NCBI GenBank assembly: GCA_043228905.1
Contig: JBHGNT010000009.1
Coordinates: forward strand, 8,990,001-9,054,000
Direction: 5' to 3'
From: Azolla caroliniana
Taxonomy: Eukaryota > Plantae > Polypodiophyta
DNA: 64,000 nt
Shown here: one piece after another, positions 1 through 13,449 of the stretch
Numbering within the stretch: the stretch's first letter is position 1
Layout: each line of letters begins with the position of its first letter
Program-made: the position numbers and the translations under genes
Notes under the pieces: model-generated
Databases searched by the model: none
Seen by the model: the letters and a program-made list of their open reading frames with translations, nothing else
What the model was told of the DNA's origin: nothing

Positions 1-1344
1 GTGCCGGTTTCTTTCTCTTTCCGAAAATGCCAACAGTTCTTCTGGAAGTGCCCCAGCTTCCCACAATAAAAGCAAGTAGGCCTCCCCCTTGACTTCGACC
101 TTGTCCCAGTTTTGGGGACTCCGATACCGGCCTCTTCCCCAGTCGTGGTCATCTTCCATGACCAAGGCCTTTGGATCGGTTCCGAACTCTTGGTCCTTTC
201 AGCGAGCTTCTTCATCTAGCAAGCTTGATTTTACCCTTGCTAGGGACAATTGTTTTCCTTCCGGCCCGACGTTGCCCAATGTGACAACTAGCGTCTCCCA
301 ACTATCCGGGAGGGAACCGAGCATGAGTAATGCGAGTACCTCATCGGCGAGAGGTACTTCCAACGACATGGCTTGATGTATCAACCCCTAGAAGGCATTC
401 ATGTGCACCGCCATACTGGAGCCGTCTTGGTATCGGATCCTCACTAGCTTCCGGAATACCGAAACCCGATTAACAACATTCTTGTTCTAGAACATGATGT
501 CGATCTTCTCCCAGAGTTCATGAGCCTTACTTTCTTCATTGAAGTTGTTGTACAGGCTCATGTCAATGAAGCACCGGATGTATGTCCTCGTCTTCATGTG
601 CATCACCTCCCACACTGTGGTGTCGATCTTATCCGGTCTCTTGTCCCTGAACTGAACCGGCAACCAAAGATCTTTAACCACCAACATATCCCTCATCTTC
701 AACTTCCACACTGAGTAGTTGGAGCCGGTGAGCTTGAACATGCCGCCGAACAATTCTTCCATTTCCTGTGTTGTTCACTCTGATACCAGTTTGACGAGAA
801 TAGCGCGGAATATTGCTCGGCCACAACTAAGTCTTGAATCACTTCGATGAGAATGAAACACAGAAATGGGAATAGAGATGAATACAAAGGAGAGTACATA
901 GGATGTTTACATGGAAAACCCTGAATGGGAAAAAACCACGGGAGTCCACAGACTCCAACTATCACTATATGAGAACAATACAATCAGAGGCTCGGAGGCA
1001 ACTACCTTGAGCTTTGTATCTTCGCTAGGCGGCGGTTACAACAGAGTATCGCTCTATATCTCACTCTTTCTCTGTACAGCAGTTATACACATACAACAAT
1101 ATGACAACAAATCAACACTCATCACACATAAAGCGATTGCCCTAAGTCATATTTATACTTATATGAACTTAGGGCTATTTACAAATATAGCCTCAAAAGG
1201 CTTATTCAGAACATATTTACAAATATGTCTTCTCTTCTGGTTCTCACCAGGTCCATCCGATCCGGTTTCTGGATCTCTTCCAGTTCTCACCGGGTCCTCT
1301 TCATTCATAACCGGATCCCATCCGGAGGGACCGATTTCCCAACA
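1..1344 (-). mobile_element. 5' end of a decayed Ty1/Copia LTR retrotransposon (5' LTR 792-1344, tRNA-iMet PBS 778-788, gag from 762 leftward)
   Basis: Minus strand reads TGTTGGGA...CTCGTCA, then AAC and TGGTATCAGAG. Gag motifs are KLTGSNYSVWK, LLGSLPDSWE and a CCHC knuckle near base 60. Gag has CAG>TAG stops. Same family as the element at 60711. Confidence 0.93.
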
Positions 1345-3010
1345 AGAACAAACATGTAGATGCAATATACCACATCGATGAAAGGAGAACCTGATTAGCT
1401 ATCATTACTCTGCCTACTAAAGGCAACTTTGTAGTGTCCCAAATCAACAATTTTTTCCTACGTGATAACATTAGAGGAGCTAACAATCACTCTTTATGCA
1501 TATTTATACCAACCTGACAGCCTAAGTAACGAACTGAAACTCCTTGAATCCAACAAAAAGACTCAGATGGTCTCCATGATGGCAACGGCCACATAGAAAC
1601 CCAAAACCCCACTGATTTACACCAATTAACTTTTGCACTAGAGGCAGCACAAAATGTTTCCAATGCAGCCTATGCTTTACACAAATTACCTTCTTCGGCG
1701 TGCATGTATAGTGTTGTATCATCTGCAAACTCCACATCCAAAATCATCTTATTAGAGATCGGTGCGACCAACCCTTGGATCCCAGCACCTATTGAATTTA
1801 AATATGTAGAAAATACCTTCGTAACAATAAAAAAAAGGGGGGTTAACTAACACCCTTGGCTAATAGATCATGACATTTGAAATCTTCATCCTCTACCTCC
1901 TGCTACTAAGATAGAACTATAAGCTAATCTATAAAAAGTTTCCACTGCAATAATCCAACCTTTTAGAAACCCTAATCTTCTCATCGTCTCTTCTAAAAAG
2001 TCCCAATTCACTCTATCATAGGCCTTATCAAAATCTAATAATAAAATTACTAAGTCCTCTTTCTTTGCCAAGGTTGAGGCGGACAACTCCCAAAACAAAA
2101 AATATATTATCAAATATACTCCTACTCCTGTCTTGCATGAAACATGTCTCAGAAGTATGAATAATATCAGGCAATAAAGGTTGCAAACGCAATGCCAATA
2201 CCTTAGCATAAATTTTGTAAACTGTATTGAGTAATGTGATCGTCCTTCATGCCCTAATGTCCTCCGAAGCTCTATCCCCTTTAGGGATAAGAAAAATCAG
2301 CCCCTCCTTCCATTCCTCTGGCATAGCTCCCAAATAAAAAATTATCTGAAAAGCACTAGTTAAATCATTAGCTATAATGTCCCAATACTATAAGGAAACA
2401 TCTCTTATTAGTCCATCCTCTCTTGGGCAAACCTCGGAACCCAAAGATTTTAATGCTTGCAGAACCTCAAAAGAAGAAAAAGGGCATAAAAGAGTTTGAA
2501 CCATTTGATCTGTAACACAGGGCTTTGTTGTACCGAAAACTATACCCCTCATTGCCAATACATTTTGATGCACCTCATCAATGGACAACTATTGTTCATA
2601 ATACTGACATGTTAACTCTCGCATTTCATCTGGATCTGTTGAGAGAATACCGCCATCCCTCTTTAATGCACTTATTTGAAACTTACGTGGTCTTGGAGTA
2701 ACTACATCAAAATATAATTTAGATATTTTGTCCCCTTTTTGAGACCATTTTGCTATAAATGTAGAGTATTTAAAATCAACAATTTTAGATTGCATAAGAA
2801 AAATCTCATCTCTTAACTTCCATAAGTTATTTTCAAGATAAATTTAGTTGATATCTCTTTCTTGCAAGCATTGAATCGAGGCCAACCCTCTTCTTGCATT
2901 TGCCAACCGAGAGATAAGAAAAAATTTCTTATCCTTAGCCTTACCTAAAAGCAGTTGCTTAAGTTGAAATAAAGCCACAAAATCATCAGGAGCAAAGACA
3001 CTAGACCAAA
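1345..3010 (-). mobile_element. LINE (L1/Tx1-like) ORF2 remnant, RT region, inverted
   Basis: Fragmented ORFs with LLLDFDKAYDRVNWDFL, KWSQKGDKISKLYF and GRVMIANQVLLSSMWY; many stops and frameshifts. Confidence 0.85.
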
Positions 3011-3019
3011 GGGAAGCAA

Positions 3020-4170
3020 CACTCTTTGTAATGGAATCATCCTTTAGAGACTATTGCTATTTTGATGTATCTGAGGAAGGAAGATTATGGCAAACTGATG
3101 TGAAATCATCAATTTGGCAAACGACATTGCAACATCCGGTGAGAGTGATTGGTAAGTCTAGTAAAAGGTGGATTTTAGATCCTTCTCCTTCTGATAGTAT
3201 GTTGTTTTGCCAACTATGGGTTTTTTTAAAAAAGTCATTGTTGGACTTGCATTGGGATCCATCAGATTATCTTTGGAAACATACAAATCCTTCGTCTCAT
3301 ACTAAATTTATTCAGTTTTTTCAATATTCTATGAAATTGGGACGAAAGTTGCTCTTAAATAGGAAATTGCATCCGCCATCCGCTATGAAAGTGTGGTTGG
3401 CGAATAGGGCCTCTTTAATGGATGCATCTAAATATTGGAAGTGGTTATGGAGTATGCAGGTTCCAAGGACGATCAATGTCCATTTTCGTTGGTTATTGAT
3501 CCATTATGCATTACCAGTTCAGGCTTGGTTACGGCAACTAGATAGTAAATCATGTGGATTTGGCGGTGGATGTATGATGGAATCAATTAAGCATGTATTG
3601 TGGTCTTGTCCTAAAATTATGCAAGTATGGCAAAGAGTATTAAGGTTGTTGATAATTGTGTGATCACTTGGGGTGCGGTTAGGTGGGGCATTCTAGAGGG
3701 ACAACTCTTGCTATATGAAAAGGAGGATATAGTGGAAGCCTTTTACATAGTTCCTCCTCATATACAAATGGTTCAACCTTTTATAAGTGATAGTTTGCAA
3801 TTTAGGGATGATATTATCTGGAAGACAATTTCATCTATTCTTATGTGGGTAATTTGGAAGGCACGATGCACATCAGTATTTGACAATGCCACTTAGGATG
3901 TTATGTTATAATTGTTGAATTCTGGTTGTTACTTGTTCATACATTAGGTCATCAGTATGAAAGTTTTACATGCAATGTTGATGCCATTTTCAAGCAGCAA
4001 ATGCTTTTAAAAGGTTATGGGAATCTATGCTCATTTTTAGGGAAGATGGAGATCACATAATATGGATGTATATTGTTCCCATCATTTTGGGAAACAATAT
4101 CTACTAACTTTGTTTATGGACACTCTGTTTGTTACATATTTTGGTGGTATAGGTTACATTGCATGCTCAA
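3020..4170 (+). mobile_element. LINE ORF2 C-terminal (zf-RVT-like) remnant
   Basis: ORFs 3031-3663 and 3627-3896 contain WLLIHYALPV...CGFGGGCMMESIKHVLWSC...WVIWKARC, typical of the LINE C-terminal zinc-finger region. Confidence 0.8.
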
Positions 4171-4328
4171 TTGCAGTTTGGGAGGAGTAGACCATAAAAA
4201 TCTTGGAGATATGGTGTACAAATATGTGTAGTTCTTGTATATAGACATCAAATTGACTATGATGTGAGCACAATGGAGTTGGTTGGTATTCTCCTTTATC
4301 TAACACAACTTTTGTATTTCTTGTGATT

Positions 4329-4760
4329 TTATAATACCAAGGAGTATCTCTTTTCAAATAAAATAAAATAAATCAATTTCCATAAATCCATTAACATAAC
4401 TTCTATCTCTAAGTTTCCCCACTCTTGAGCCTTTGGTCCATCCAGAATAGCATGAATAGATATTAATTGATTTGCCTCACAACAAACATTAAAATCTCCC
4501 ATCAAAAAACCCAATTTGACCATTATCAAGCACTCTGATAAGAGATTTCGATAACAACTTCCGTTCTTGTGAAACATTTGATGCAAACACAACAACTAAC
4601 CAAAGAACTTGCCCTTCATAGCATATCTAAACCATCATATATCTTCCAAACTCATCTAAAGCAATTATTTTTGGGTGAAATTTGTCTTCAATAAACATCA
4701 CAATCCCAGAATAATCCCCTTGAATATTGCCAACATAACATAGTGTATAACCCTTAGAAT
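4329..4760 (-). mobile_element. LINE endonuclease (APE) remnant
   Basis: MGDFN motif and LMDLWK in ORF 4329-4595. Confidence 0.65.
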
Positions 4761-5093
4761 AATAAATTAATTAGCGTTACGATGATTTTTATGCTCTATA
4801 GCTCTAGTTCCCACTAGGTTTTAGGGAATGGAATATTACGAAGCACTCTTCATCATTTTCGATGGTATTTATGGTTTTACTTTCCTCTTAGCTGCACATA
4901 AGACATCTCATTGCTCACTTAACACAACCCTCCAAACCTCCTTGTTATGTGCATAACCATATTTGATCATGAGATAAGTTTTTCATAGTTTTTCCTACTC
5001 TTAGGATGAGTGTGTCTTAGATAATTCTAAAAGTAAAAGGAATATGCATTATAATAGTCAATTCTACAATGTGAGATAACTATAAGTGTGTTA

Positions 5094-5414
5094 TCACTTG
5101 ATCACTTCACATGAAGTAGTCAAGTGTGAACATACAACCATATGAAGTGTTGATCTCTTTGCAACAAACTTATCTGCACGTTCTATTCCTTTCACTGAGT
5201 TTAAAGATGACATCATGGACTCTACAATCTCCTCTGAAACATTATGATCCCTAAACCATATATTCTTTGTGTGTTTATCCAAATTTTGATGGTGTAACAC
5301 TCTAGAAATAATATTTGTACAATCCTTCTTGCTAAATCTCTTTCTAACCTCTAGTAAGTTACGAACTATGTGAAGAATAACCTGACTCTTGCTTCTTTTG
5401 AATATTGGTTTCAT
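5094..5414 (-). pseudogene. Degenerate ORF fragment, probably DNA-transposon derived
   Basis: 106-aa ORF in AT-rich decayed DNA next to a minisatellite; no family confidently recognised. Confidence 0.3.
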
Positions 5415-5799
5415 TCATTTGTTTATTGGTAAACAAGAGACATCAATCTCATTTATGATTACCATTTTCAATATATTTATTATTAAAAAAGAGCACTTAG
5501 GAAATGGGACATGCAAGTGTAATAAATGAGTAAGAATCATATAAATAATTCCATAACCAAGGATAACATTATTTTAAATATGAAAACAATGAAATGGAAG
5601 AAGAAAAATGAACATGCGATGATCTTACAAGGAATATGAATATAAAATTGAATATGACAAAAATCACTTAATAATCAAGCTTTAGAATTGAGGTAGATTC
5701 GTTGGGTCGTCAATGAAATGAAAATAGAATAAGCTTAAAATCGGAAAATGGTGAATGCTCAATACAAAGAAGAACGATGAAATGGAGAATGCTCAATTG

Positions 5800-6290
5800 G
5801 AAGAAGAATGCTTCAGATTTGAAAACGGAGAATGTTTTTCATGTATGAAGCTTCAAATTTGAAAATGGAGAACGATTCATGAATGAAACACCAAATTTGA
5901 AAGTGGAGAACGATTCATAGAAGAAGCTTCAAAACTGAAAATGGAGAAAGATGAAATGGAAGAAGCTTCAAGTTTGAAAATGGAGAATGTTTCATGGATG
6001 AAGCTCCAAATTCAAAAATGGAGAACGATTCATGAACGAAGCACCAAATTTGAAAGAGGAGAACGATTCATGGAAGAAGCTTCAAAACTGAAAATGGAGA
6101 AAGATGAAATGGAAGAAGCTTCAAGTTTGAAAATGGAGAATGTTTCATGGATGAAGCTCCAAATTCAAAAATGGAGAACGATTCATGAACAAAGCACCAA
6201 ATTTGAAAGAGGAGAACGATTCATGGAAGAAGCTTCAAAACTGAAAATGGAGAAAGATGAAATGGAAGAAGTTTCAAGTTTGAAAGGATA
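5800..6290. repeat. Hierarchical minisatellite: ~30-bp monomers in a 153-bp higher-order unit
   Basis: ATGGAGAAAGATGAAATGGAAGAAG recurs at 5941, 6094 and 6247 (period 153). The sub-repeat GAAGCTTCAAA..TGAAAATGGAGAA recurs about every 30 bp. Confidence 0.9.
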
Positions 6291-6779
6291 GAATGATACG
6301 ATGGAAGAAGAATGCTCAGTTGGAAGAATAATAATGATGAGGAAGAAGATTCAAAATTGAATAAGAAAAAAAGATTAATTTGAGGGGGGGAAAGCCCCCA
6401 AAATGGCAAGTTCGTCTCAGAACTGTTTCCCCCCATTTTCTCTCTTTATTGCACTTTTACTACCCCTACTTGACTCCCTACAAAGATTTTCTTACAGTTG
6501 AAATTGTTTTTTCTTAGTTTTTAGTACTCATAGTATAAAATGTTGTCATGCTTTTTTGGTCAAAAACAATACTTTTTTGGTACACCATAACGTGCTTTCA
6601 CCCTTTAATCCTTGTAAAAAGTCACCACTTTTGTGACAATTTTTTATGAACCCATTTCATTGTAAGAAAGAGAAACTTTACCTATCTTAATATATATTTC
6701 GTGTTATTCTTGTAGTCTCGTGTGATTGGTGTTAATCTTGTGTTAATTACCCCTACGCCATTGCGTTTGTGTGTGCTAC

Positions 6780-8930
6780 TCAAGTGGGACCATGGGGGTC
6801 TCGGACCAGGGAGAACACAAGAATCAAAGGGTGGGATGTTGGGAATTCGAAGGCTCATAGGAGTCAAAAGCTCGACAAAGTCAAAAGCTCTTAAGACTCG
6901 AAGCTTGTCAAAGTTGAAGGCTCCTTGGAGTCAAAAGTTCTCTAGAGTCAAAGGTAGAGCAGAGTCAAAAGGAAGAAGAGTCAAAGAGAGACCAAAGTCA
7001 AAGGGAAAGATGTATCCTTCTCTTTCCCCCCACACTCTCACAAGTAGGGTAATGATTAATGCACAACGTTAGGGTGGAAACAAGTAAATGTAATGAGCAT
7101 AATTTTAAAGGATGAACAAGCAAGATTAAGAACGGGGAGACTTGTTTTAGGTCGAGAATGTTTAGATTAAACAAGAAAACCCTTTATAGGTTACGTTGTA
7201 CAACGGTTTGAGCTGATGATTACAACGGGGGTAGCAACAATAACCTTTTTTTTAGTAACACTTTTATTACTAGTGGGAAACCTCAAAGTGAGGTGAAAAC
7301 CCACAAAGAATAAACAAAAATATACAAGTGTCAATTAGACACTAAAGAGCTTAAAAGCACTCAAAGTAAAGACTGTAAAATCAACAATAACTACTAAATA
7401 AGCAATGAAGACAGAAAGAAAGATAAGAGAGGAGGGTTGAAGCTTCCTATGATGACAAGTCGACTGGGTTGTCGAGATCGTAGCTACCACCGACGGCTAC
7501 GATGCCATGAATGGGGGTAGAGTTCTCGGGCCACCCATCCTCCCTTTGAACGATCGGTAAATGAGCTTTTTGAAGCTCTCATTGAAGCCTAAAAAATGCT
7601 AAACGCAAAAGATGATGATGATGATGATGAAGACGAAGAACAAAATGCCAAAAACAAACTAGTGGCCCAAAATGTACCCTCTTCCACTCCTTTATAAGGG
7701 GAAGATGCCACAAAATCTTGTTTTCCTGATGTGGTGCGAGTTAAATGTAGAAAGTGAGAAAATAGAGAGATGTAAAATGGAGTGAAAGCATATGTGAAAA
7801 GTAAGAGGGAGAGAATGTGTAGCACGTGAAAAAGGGACAAAGAAAGGGAATTCACAAAATGTGTAACAATGTATATAGAAATATAAAATTATTAAAGAAC
7901 TAGTAAAAGTTAATGGCTTTGTGGATAGAGCAATTCAATAGGTGTAGGAGGTGTGGAGTTTGATTATTTGTTAGAGTGGCCACATTAAAATATATCGTTT
8001 CTTTTACTAAAATATGGGGAAAGGGACATTTACATTTAATGCGAGTGAGGCGCCTCCCGAGGGAATCCTTATTTTGGGTTTCTTCTTCATTCTTCGTTTT
8101 TGTGTGGCCCTTTTCAACATGTTCATCTTCGTCTTCTTCAATTTGCTGGTAGGAGGAGACTTCTTTGTTTTTTCTATTTCTTCTTTGACTCTTCTTCATC
8201 TAGGATTTTCGACACTCAAGTGGAGGCAACGAGGTGGCAGAAAGCTAGTACACCAGTCATTTGTAGGGAAGACGAAGTGGCATGACAACTTTATCTCGAT
8301 TCGAGGCATCATGGCCTTCAGAGGTAGTTGTGGTCGCGACGGCCCACTCGACTCGCCTAAACTGGAAGCTTCATTCCTCTCATTTCCTAACTCTTGCTTA
8401 AGTTCGTGGTTAACTTGAAGTTGTCGTTGTTGTAACCCCTTCCCCTTTTGTAATTTGGAAAGCCTATTTTATAAAGGGCTTCTTCTTTTATGTATCTAAT
8501 TTGGCATCTACTTCTTAATATAAGGTCGGTCGGTCTTAATCTCGTGTTACTTCGTTAATCTCCCTCTCGTGCATTTGCGTTGTTCTTTCACTCACGATGG
8601 TGAACCTTCGCGCCTGAGCATTCGTGCCTTGGGAAATTTCCGACCTACACCTCTGACATCTTTCTTCTACAATGGTTCTCGACTAAGGAGCCTTTGACTA
8701 AAGTTTCTTTGACTAGACCCTTTAACTAGCTTCTTCGACCAACGAATGTTCAACTAAGTTCGAATCTTCGACTAGACTGAGCGTTTCGCCTAGTTGAATC
8801 TACGACTACCACGAGTATTTGACTATTCCTGTTGACTTGTTTCATCGACTAGAGCCTTCGACTACTTTCTTCGACTGGCCGTCTTCTTCAACTTACTCCC
8901 TAGAAATAGTCGTGGAAAGATCACTCACAT
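6780..8930. mobile_element. Two diverged copies of one TE-like sequence in opposite orientation
   Basis: AGTCAAA-rich block 6860-7000 mirrors the TTCGACT/TTTGACT-rich block 8680-8880. CAAGATTAAGAAC...TTAGATT...CCCTTTATA (7120-7190) matches the reverse complement of 8470-8545. Confidence 0.5.
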
Positions 8931-9209
8931 AAAACAAAAGCTTCGTAAGGCATTTTGGGCATTAACGAAAGGTTAGAGGACCAGGGGCATTCTGGGAAAT
9001 AAAGAAAGGGTAGAGGTCCAAGAGGAAATAAAGAAAGGAGATATGGTAGCATGATAGTGAAGTAGAAGACAGACTGAGAGAGGCCCACGTTATCGATTCT
9101 CTCTCCTCCCCCCCCGAAACAGCACCGCCATTCCTTCTGTCCATCCGTTCTCTGCAGAAAAGAAACAAAGAACGGAAAATAATTGAGACGAAGAAAGTAA
9201 AGAGAAACG

Positions 9210-12103
9210 ATGTGTCTTGAAGAAGGTCGTGGTTCGAAACCTGCTGATGACCCAACTGTTCATCACCGTGTCCAGACGTTGTTTGATGCTTGCAAAGAAA
9301 CATTCTCTGCATCTTTCTCGAACCGATCCTTGGACAGGGTTCGGACACTTCTAGGTATTTACCTTTCTCTCGCTCTCTATCATGATGGATTTATGCCTTT
9401 AAATTCCTACTTCAATGAAGGAGGAACCCTTTTTATGCCATGGTATTTTTGAAATCTAAGCCTAGAAAGTGGCCATTTGTATCAAGTTTAAGCATCAATA
9501 ATTATGATGTAGTGATTATGAAAAAACTGCCGGTTTGATTCTATATGTTTTATGCATTCAATTTTAGTGGCTTTCATAGTTCTATTGAGGGGAAAGAAAT
9601 CTGTAATGGTTTGTGAAGTTTGATCTAGAAAGTAGTAATTTTGAATCGTGTGTGAAAATATTATTATTTCATTCGTTAGATGCCACAATTTCTTCATTCA
9701 TAAAACATAGTATCAAAAGATCACATCTCATGTTGTATCCATTATAAAAAAATCATATTTCTTTTCTTTGGCATAAGTTGGTATGCTGAAATGCAATAAT
9801 GGTTCTATAAGTATAAATGCACTACCCTACTCCAATATAGCTTGCATTATGATCATCCAAACATTACTAAAGTAGAAGAGGAAGTGTTGAATGGATAGCT
9901 TTAAATTGGATATTGAAAGAACATGGATCAGACCCATAACATGTTTTGGTAGGAAGATGGCCCACTACAAGGCATCTATCTCATATACATCTATATCATG
10001 TGATATGTAGTGTGATAGAGTAGTGTAGGATCTCTTTGTATCAATTAATATTCGCAAAAGGCACCACACCATCTCCCCATAACAAAAGCATGATGACTAA
10101 ATTCCCAATGATTATTTCTTCAATGCTTTCTTCCTTTATAAACTTGGCAACCATTTATTCTAATTCATCAATTAATTGGTGAGATTGGGCATCCTTTCTT
10201 AAGACCAATAGTACAATTAAAATAATCTAAAATCTCATTGCGCATATGCATACAATATATAACTTTCTCATAGACTCGGAAAAGTGTGAGCATATATTCA
10301 GTTGGCACCTTGAATTCTTCCATGCACCTTCAAAGTGATTAGGAGTAACATATCCAAAGCTTTCTTGAAGTCTAAGAAACAACAGTATAAACCTTTACCT
10401 CTCAATCAACTTTCTTCCATGGATACTTGAAGGATGATCCATGGTGCTATGGTGTTTTTGAAAGCCAACTTGTCCCCACAAGCTCTCTTACCATTTATTT
10501 AGCTAATTCATTTACCTTTGATTCCATTATACTTCAAAAGAGTTTTGCCATAAGTGAGCTGACCATGATAGTCCTAGAATTGTTTACATTGTTTATATCT
10601 CCAACTTATGTAAAGGTGTGTTCCAACTGGATCGGAAATTCCGAATGGTCATTACATTACTGGGGAGACCTGTGCGTACCCCACCCACCTTTTCTCATAA
10701 CTTTTTATATTCCAAGATATACTCCAATCATAGGGCATGCCATGTTGCAATTCTCCCAATTTTCTCCTTAAAAACATTTTTTGAATCTTCTCAATCTCAT
10801 TCCTTGCATTACGATGGATAGTGCCTCTCTACACCTGTACTCCATAAAGTAAGACTTGCGTTACCATGCCATTATATAGCATTAGTTTCACTTCCCATCC
10901 ATGAGTGTCACTTTAGTTGCATTGGTTCTCCATGAGAGAGAAAAGAAGAAGAAGAGAGATTTTACTTTATTTATATACAGATGGGATAAAACCCATTGAT
11001 GTTGGGCTAGATGAAAGTTTAGCTTCACAAAATGATCGAGGACTTGGATTTTTCGGGAGGATGGGGGAACGGAGTGGACGGCATTTGTCAATGGTTTCTC
11101 GATGGTCCCCACCCATCACATATTTACATATATTTGAGAACAAAGATTTTTCTGTAAGTTGACTACCTTATGCTAGCTATAAAAAGAGTCCTATCTATAT
11201 TTTTATATGCCAATAACATAAGCTAATGACTTAATAGCGTTTATAAGCTTGAAGTTTATCCTAAATCATTTTTCTGTTTCTTGTTTTTCTTAATTGAGGT
11301 AGATTGGGATTTTCTGTTTGCCAACATCAGCAGTGATTCCCCTTCATAACCATCCTGGCATGACTGTGTTGAGTAAACTCTTATATGGGTCTATGCATGT
11401 CAAAGCTTATGACTGGGTCAATCAAAATGACATTGCCCAACAACGTATGTCTTCTTAATCATTAAGTACCCCAAAATACCCCAAACTTGTTCTGTGTTTA
11501 CCCTTTTGATTTTTTCATTTCTAAATAGGGGTATGTTGGCAAAGAATACCCAACAAGTTAGGGATATTTTGGAGTGCTATTTTTACTATCAACTTCGGAT
11601 TTTGAAGAAAGGTTTCATTACCTTTTACGATTTTCTCTTTTGAGCTAGCTCGGTTGGCCAAAGTAGTTGTGGATAAAGTTATTTCCGCCCCATGTGAGCC
11701 ATCCATCTTATATCCAACAAGTGGAGGAAACATCCATTCATTCACTGCAGTGACACCTTGTGCTGTTCTTGATATCCTTGCTCCACCTTATTCTACACAA
11801 GATGGGAGACATTGCACATATTATCGGGAAATTCCATACTCAGGTAAAATGAATTGAATATTCCTTTCTTAATGTGTGTGTGTGTGGAATGAGTATATGG
11901 GCATCATCTTACTTGGGTTCTTACTTATCTTAATTTCTGTTGATCCTTAACATTTTCTAATTGTAGGATCTCAATCTAATAAGGATGAGAAGAGTGGTGA
12001 TGGAAAGGAGTCGGTAGATTCGGTATGGCTTGGGGAATTCCAACCTCCAGATGATTTTGTTGTGGAGGGTGCTCCATACCGGGGTCCAAGGGTGATGAGC
12101 TAA
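9210..12103 (+). CDS. PCO: Plant cysteine oxidase (PCO/ADO-family thiol dioxygenase); exons 9210-9354, 10981-11153, 11303-11444, 11649-11843, 11967-12103
   Basis: GT-AG exons join in frame. Motifs: [66 protein letters not shown], and C-terminal PYRGP. The His iron ligands are present. Confidence 0.96.
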
Positions 12104-13104
12104 ATCAAAGAAATGATTTGTTTACATTTACATTTAAAAAAAGATGGTGAAAATTTGCTGTAATCAGAAATATATTCGGATGTGTTCTCGTTTTGGGTGT
12201 AGAAAATAACATTGAATGTTGGTTCCCTACCTCTTCAATTAACGAATGGGCTGGGTATGTTTAGATAGTTTTTTTTATCATTGTGCTTCAAAAGCTGATG
12301 TACAGTTTTTTTTGTGATATTTTTTTTCAAGTCAATTTGATGTTTGAGAATTGGCTTGTTCAAATATCATTAATTCTTCATTGGAGACATATTTTAACAA
12401 CTGAAAAGACCATAATAAAAAAATAACTGTTTTAGTTTAGTTTAGGTGTTTCCATGTCAAGTGTATAATGCCATTGTTTATTGTTTATTAATGGATGATG
12501 TCTACTGAGCTAGCATTCCATAGAACAACTTGTAAGTAATGTTCCACTGTAATTTCTTGTGTATATGTATGTTTTTTTTTCATTCCTCTTGTTTGGGAAG
12601 AGGAAAATTCTCAATATCATTTTATTAAAGAGTTCATGATACTTGGCAAGGTTTATAATATTGGATGCCAATTACAACCTTAGGAAGGTGAAAAATAAGT
12701 TTCAATATTTAGGATGCACCTTGACTTGTGTTCTTCATGTGGATGACCTTAATTCTCTGTAATTAATACACTAGGTGTCTCGATTGTTTTCTTCATTTAC
12801 AATAGTTTCTGTTTACCGAAACCATGAACATATATTTTAATACGGCATCCATTTTGGACATGTTTCCTTAATGTGGGAAGGTTTATTATTTATTTCCAGT
12901 GTGATTGGAAATGTGCCCAACATTACAAATATGTCGGAATACCCTCCCTCCATATTTGACAAAATGTAGGACAATTCAACTTCATTTTGAGGTGACCTAA
13001 ACACCCCATGACTTTAGTTTGAGAACATCTATACTATGTGTTTACTCCTAAATATGCCTTTTCAACTTTGATTTTATAAAAAAATTCAAATTACAAAGAG
13101 TGAA

Positions 13105-13449
13105 TAGGAGTTGGCATTGGCTCAGCTCAAGCTTGAACCAAGTTGTTACTTTGTTTTGAAATGATTTGGTGAATTAGTGGGGTTCGGTTCAAGCTTGAGT
13201 GTCCTTAACCAGTTTGAGCTCGATTAGGGATGGCTCAAGCCAAACCGAACCCATTTGGGCTAAATCGCTTCCCAAGCTGGTTAAAGCTAATTGGTTAAAG
13301 CTAATTGCTTTGGCTAAACTTACTCCTAAATTGGTTTAGGAGTTGGTTTAGTTTAAGTTTGAAAATTCCCAAACTGGTCAAGCCTTAACCAGTTGGGTTT
13401 GGACAATGCCAAAACGGTTAATTCGAAACTTAATCATTGCCGATTGCTT
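13105..13449. mobile_element. hAT-type MITE
   Basis: Degenerate TIRs TAGGAGTTGGCA / TTGCCGATTGCTT, perfect 8-bp TSD AGAGTGAA, and AACCG/GGTT subterminal repeats. Confidence 0.8.

Noticed and set aside
911-1381. 156-aa ORF
   Set aside because: Lies antisense across a Copia LTR; no motifs.
5941-6291. 116-aa repetitive ORF (MEKDEMEEASS...)
   Set aside because: A by-product of the 153-bp repeat; no gene structure.
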